The position numbers were made by a program, and so were the translations under genes. The notes under the pieces are model-generated. The model saw nothing but the letters and a program-made list of their open reading frames with translations. It was not told the DNA's origin and did not search any database. 42,318 nt of DNA from Octopus bimaculoides (taxonomy: Eukaryota), in contig NC_068983.1 in the NCBI RefSeq assembly GCF_001194135.2, positions 78,948,634 to 78,990,951 on the forward strand, in the 5' to 3' direction. This document shows positions 37,779 to 42,318 of the stretch, one piece after another. Within the stretch, counting starts at the first letter, position 1. Each line of letters starts with the position of its first letter.

Positions 37779-39233
37779 TGCGAGAAACGCACGATAATAT
37801 TAAATCTGTTAGAACACCTGAGGCAGGATGGCCACTGAAAACCACCCACAAGAATGTAGCACAAAACACACACAAAGAAAAATTAAAGAAATGAAATGTA
37901 CACTCGTGTGATACATGCATGCAATGTACAAATGAAATGACAATGACAACTGTCCAGGAAACTGGAATCACGCGATGTAAAAGTCTGATTGTTTGTTTTC
38001 CCTGAAAGGAAAGGAAATATATGAGTGCACAAGTGTGTGTGTGAGTGAAAACACAGAACAAGTGAAAGTGTCTGTATAGAAAAAATCCAGTTCGTACAAG
38101 AGTTACACAAGTTGATTTTGAATGTCCGTACTCAGGAAGTTGTGGTCAAGGAGCAGAGCTATAGTTGAGCGTCGGAATGCTAGTTGTGACTGGTTACCCG
38201 ATACGGAATATTCAATTCGGCTAGCTCTTACTGTTGTGCGCGAGTGGAAACATCCACTCTAACAGAGTCGATACAACCGAGTGTGTTGATCTGGTGTGTC
38301 CCTGGTGGTGGGGTTGTTGGCGCACGACATTGTGGTAGACAGTACATTGATGGTGAAGACGTCGGCGCAGGAACTGTAATATAGCTGTGTTCTGTTTGTG
38401 TGGTGGTAATGATCTGTTGAAACTTGGCGACGTCGGGGGGAATGCTTGTAGTTGGTAGTAGTAATTGTTGTCGTCACGGTGGTAATCTTGGTTGAACGAA
38501 GCTGGTGGCGAAAAAGCTGTTTGGTGATGAGTGTTTGAAGAGGTGCGCTTATTACAGACGATCGACAGACAAATCTCTGTACGGCCATTAGCGAAAACCT
38601 CGAAGAAAATTTTCTTAACCCAAGATGAAAAAAACGACCGTGCGAACTCAAAAAGGAGAAATGGTGACGAATGGAAAAACAGAGGACTCCTTTTATTTAA
38701 ACGTGTCACACGGTCGAACACCAAAATATATATCAAAGATGATATACAAGTAATTATGTTATACTACGGTAACATAGATTTCGTAAATACCAGTAATGAG
38801 ACGATATAAACAACCATATGAAATGAATAACAAGAGTTATTGTGTGGCATAAAAGATGTATGTGTATGTGAGAGTGTGAATGCGACATATAAGAACATAA
38901 TAAAAGACAGGCCGTCTATATGTATGTGAAATATCACAGCAGAAAGAAAGTCAGTACACGAGAGTTTTATACCAAGTTTTTTGAGTACACAATAGGAAAT
39001 ATCACAGGCTGTAATTCTTGTCTGTTTATCGTGAGTGGAAACAGCCACTCTAACAGAGGCGAGATAAAAAAAAACGCGCTTGTTGGTGTTGGTAATATGT
39101 AGTTCAGTCTCCATGGCCGTATTTGTTCTTTAGTCGGGTTCACCAGTTATAAGTTGGTAGTCCAGAGTCCATGCTGCGTTTTTTCTTCGTCGAATCACCA
39201 CTTTATAAGAAAGTGGGTTATTGCAGCTCAGTG

Positions 39234-39266
39234 GGCTGCGTGTTCGAATCACGTCGGGGGTCACCA
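39234..39266 (-). other. Primer-binding site complementary to the 3' end of tRNA-Trp (extended to 33 nt)
   Basis: The plus strand GGCTGCGTGTTCGAATCACGTCGGGGGTCACCA matches the 3' portion of eukaryotic tRNA-Trp including the non-templated CCA (one extra G). Confidence 0.85.
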
Positions 39267-39267
39267 G

Positions 39268-39438
39268 TATAGGAAAGTTGGTTATACATCATTAGATGTA
39301 TACCTTACTTTCCTATATAAAATTAATGAATATAACGGAACGCTGAACTCCGGACTATCAACTTAAACAACATTTATTCAGGTGGTAAATATATACATCT
39401 TTAGCTCTTGTTGTTACAGCTTCTATGTGTGTGAGCAT
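39268..39438 (-). repeat. 5' LTR, partial (truncated by the assembly gap)
   Basis: The minus end ...CCTATA-C-TGG is one substitution from CTACA, the inverted repeat of the LTR start TGTAG. The sequence matches 37370-37527. Confidence 0.7.
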
Positions 39439-40228
39439 NNNNNNNNNNNNNNNNNNNNNNNNNNNNNNNNNNNNNNNNNNNNNNNNNNNNNNNNNNNNNN
39501 NNNNNNNNNNNNNNNNNNNNNNNNNNNNNNNNNNNNNNNNNNNNNNNNNNNNNNNNNNNNNNNNNNNNNNNNNNNNNNNNNNNNNNNNNNNNNNNNNNNN
39601 NNNNNNNNNNNNNNNNNNNNNNNNNNNNNNNNNNNNNNNNNNNNNNNNNNNNNNNNNNNNNNNNNNNNNNNNNNNNNNNNNNNNNNNNNNNNNNNNNNNN
39701 NNNNNNNNNNNNNNNNNNNNNNNNNNNNNNNNNNNNNNNNNNNNNNNNNNNNNNNNNNNNNNNNNNNNNNNNNNNNNNNNNNNNNNNNNNNNNNNNNNNN
39801 NNNNNNNNNNNNNNNNNNNNNNNNNNNNNNNNNNNNNNNNNNNNNNNNNNNNNNNNNNNNNNNNNNNNNNNNNNNNNNNNNNNNNNNNNNNNNNNNNNNN
39901 NNNNNNNNNNNNNNNNNNNNNNNNNNNNNNNNNNNNNNNNNNNNNNNNNNNNNNNNNNNNNNNNNNNNNNNNNNNNNNNNNNNNNNNNNNNNNNNNNNNN
40001 NNNNNNNNNNNNNNNNNNNNNNNNNNNNNNNNNNNNNNNNNNNNNNNNNNNNNNNNNNNNNNNNNNNNNNNNNNNNNNNNNNNNNNNNNNNNNNNNNNNN
40101 NNNNNNNNNNNNNNNNNNNNNNNNNNNNNNNNNNNNNNNNNNNNNNNNNNNNNNNNNNNNNNNNNNNNNNNNNNNNNNNNNNNNNNNNNNNNNNNNNNNN
40201 NNNNNNNNNNNNNNNNNNNNNNNNNNNN

Positions 40229-40840
40229 TGTCTTTGAGCTTTTAAAGTTCAATGGTAATCCATGTAGATAATAGTTGGAAAAATAAGGATGCATGAAAAT
40301 TGAGAGTTGTGTTAGTTTAAAAAAGGAGCTAAAAGTTTATGTGTTAAGCAGGAAGTGTGGTGTCAAAACAGGAAGTGTGTGAAAGGGGAGACAAATCTCT
40401 TTAGTTGGAATTATGAACTCTTTGTCAATAGGAAGTTTATGTCTGTTCCTAGAGAAATAAGGTCACTGAGGGGTTTGTGTATTAAGAAATGATTGGAATT
40501 TCTCTATGAAAATATTCTCCTTGTTGATTCTTTCTTGTGTGGAGATTCTGTCTTTACATTGATAGAAAGGGAATATAAGGAATTTAGGGTTTTTGCTTCT
40601 GGAGCAAGAGTCTATGTGGCCACTGAGTGGAACTTGGCAGTGTTAGTGATGTAATCATAACTCCAACTAAAGAGATTTGTCTTCCCTTACACACTTTCTG
40701 TTTTAACACCACACTTCCTGCTTAACACATAAACCTTTAGCTCCTTTTTTAAACTAACACAACTCTCAATTTTCATGCATCCTTATTTTTCCAACCATTA
40801 TCTACATGGATTACCATTGAACTTTAAAAGCTCAAAGACA
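40229..40840 (-). mobile_element. Penelope-like element fragment: GIY-YIG endonuclease C-terminus between ~187-bp inverted repeats
   Basis: Minus 40463-40642 reads HCQVPLSGHIDSCSRSKNPKFLIFPFYQCKDRISTQERINKENIFIEKFQSFLN..*, resembling PLE endonuclease ends (IFPFY..KE..FI....LN). 40229-40416 is an inverted copy of 40655-40840. Confidence 0.7.
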
Positions 40841-40990
40841 ATATAATGTATTGGTATATTTATTTTTTTATATATTATTTTTTTTATATATTATTTTTTT
40901 ATATATTATTTTTTTCATTTTTTACTTTATTGTAAAACACATTTTCATTCTCCCACTTCTTAAAAATTTGCCATGCAATGAAAACCTTGA

Positions 40991-41255
40991 CAACATAATG
41001 TGGAAATCCTGGTTAGGACAATTGTTACTGTTATTTAGCTTCAGGAAACATCGTTTCCAGCTGGCTATATGATGCACTATCTGCATCCTTATATTTTCAA
41101 ACAAGATATTGCTTTGAGCTGAGTGAGGATGCTAAACTCTCTTGCTCAAAGATATAAGGTCACAGATAGTGTCTCGTATAGCCAGCTGGAGACAATGTTT
41201 CCCAGGGCTAAATAACAGTAACAATCGTCCTAACGAGGACTGCCACATTATGTTG
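40991..41255. mobile_element. Foldback/MITE-like element with ~115-bp inverted arms and a 35-bp spacer
   Basis: 40991-41105 pairs with 41141-41255 (caacataatgtgg...gttaggac.attgttactgttatttagc...ccagctggctata...cactatctg...ccttatat). No clear TSD. Confidence 0.75.
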
Positions 41256-41327
41256 GCAAATAATCTTTACTCTAAAGTACTGTTACTGAATGTCTCCTGT
41301 TCAGAGATTTAGAAATAATAATTTTTG

Positions 41328-41375
<48 letters not shown>

Positions 41376-41904
41376 CATGATGGACTCTCCTGTTGAAAAA
41401 ATCATGTAAGTGTTCAGTTTTTGCTGAACAACCTGCACAAATGATTTGTTTACAATGATTAAATGTATGTGCTGTACTCTATTTTTTACGCTTGCATATA
41501 TATGTATATATTCCTTCTCTCTATGAAATCGACATAGCCCGATAAGGTGCACAGGTATATCATGCATCAGGTGTTGAAGTGATCACAGAGCAATCTGAGA
41601 TTATTTGTTTTGCTCAAGAATACAATGCACCACTTGTTCTAGGAATTGAAACCATGATCTTGCGATCATGAGTACATCACCCTAACCACAGGGCTATGCA
41701 TCCTTACATATGTACGTATATATACATATTGCTGATATTATGATAATTTTATAAACTTTTGAGAGATGAAATAATTATTTTTTGGAATATCTCAAGGCAT
41801 ATACATAAAGCAATAAATAATGGCATGTAAATATTGAGTTTAAATACACTTTTAGATATATGTATTATGTATGTATATATGTATAGGTGTGTGTATATAT
41901 ATAT

Positions 41905-42239
41905 GAGACACCCTTTGGTCATGACTGACCATGGGATTGCACCTAGAAAGTTACCTGCCCAGGCACAAGTCCAGGCAAGGTTGTTTTATGGAAGACCAGC
42001 AGTCGCCCATGCATACCGGCCTCCCCTCTCCACACCACCAATGTCATCCAAGGATGAAGCAAAGGCCGATACAGCTTGGCACCTGTGATGTTGCAACTCA
42101 TTTCTACAGCTGAATGAACTGGGGCAACGTGAAATGAAGTGTCTTGCTCAAGAACACAACACGCAGCCCAGTCCAGGATTCAAACTCACAACCTCACGAT
42201 CGTAAGCTCGACGCTCTAATCACTGAGCCATGCGGCTTC

Positions 42240-42240
<1 letters not shown>
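41905..42240 (-). mobile_element. Near full-length tRNA-derived SINE
   Basis: The minus strand has an A-box tggctcagtga, a B-box gagtttgaatcc, a central gttgtgttcttgagcaagacacttcatttcacgttg and a tail ending ctttctaggtgcaatcccatggtcagtcatgacc (tail fragment also at ~34625-34680). Confidence 0.8.
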
Positions 42241-42275
<35 letters not shown>

Positions 42276-42285
42276 ATGTATATAT

Positions 42286-42318
<33 letters not shown>

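Larger units (their letters stand above)
37370..39438 (-). mobile_element. Young non-autonomous LTR retroelement (Ty3/Gypsy-type, tRNA-Trp primed); right LTR runs into a gap
   Basis: A direct repeat 37370-37527 = 39281-39438 has 2 mismatches in 158 bp (period 1911). A PBS lies immediately inside the right LTR and a PPT-like tract abuts TGTAG at the left LTR. AATAAA is present in the LTR. There are no gag/pol motifs in the ~1.5-kb interior. Confidence 0.75.

Noticed and set aside
39200-39266. Functional tRNA-Trp gene
   Set aside because: Only the 3' portion is present (no 5' acceptor strand or D-arm), and it carries an encoded CCA.
39133-39266. CRISPR-like repeat-spacer array
   Set aside because: There are only three degenerate units in a eukaryotic retroelement with no cas context, and PBS duplication explains them.
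37370-39438. Tandem snRNA, histone or tRNA gene array with a 1911-bp unit
   Set aside because: No U-snRNA, histone or complete tRNA sequence is present. PBS, PPT-like tract, TGTAG/CTA(C)A termini and AATAAA fit an LTR element better, although the gap leaves the tandem option formally open.

Overview
AT-rich, repeat-saturated animal genomic DNA from a gapped assembly. There are eight N-runs, most flanked by (TA)n/(CA)n/(GATA)n microsatellites. The SINE families look like those I recall from octopod cephalopods (Octopus); this is an inference, not a database result. I could not identify an intact host protein-coding gene, and most listed ORFs are microsatellite or gap artefacts. The window holds decayed mobile elements: two mariner remnants, a Tc1 (DD34E) remnant, an R4/Dong-type non-LTR element split into inverted halves, Helitron-like non-autonomous elements, hAT/piggyBac/Tc1-mariner MITEs, many tRNA-derived SINEs, a Penelope fragment with inverted repeats, and a 5S rRNA pseudogene. 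The most unusual items are: (1) a young, CpG-rich, apparently non-autonomous LTR retroelement (37.4-39.4 kb, minus strand) with a 33-nt tRNA-Trp complement, two extra PBS-like copies and a duplicated structured motif; (2) a tRNA-headed SINE carrying a decayed Penelope-type hammerhead ribozyme; (3) a 5S rRNA head joined to a SINE tail; (4) two copies of a ~730-bp unit carrying two dead C2H2 zinc fingers.
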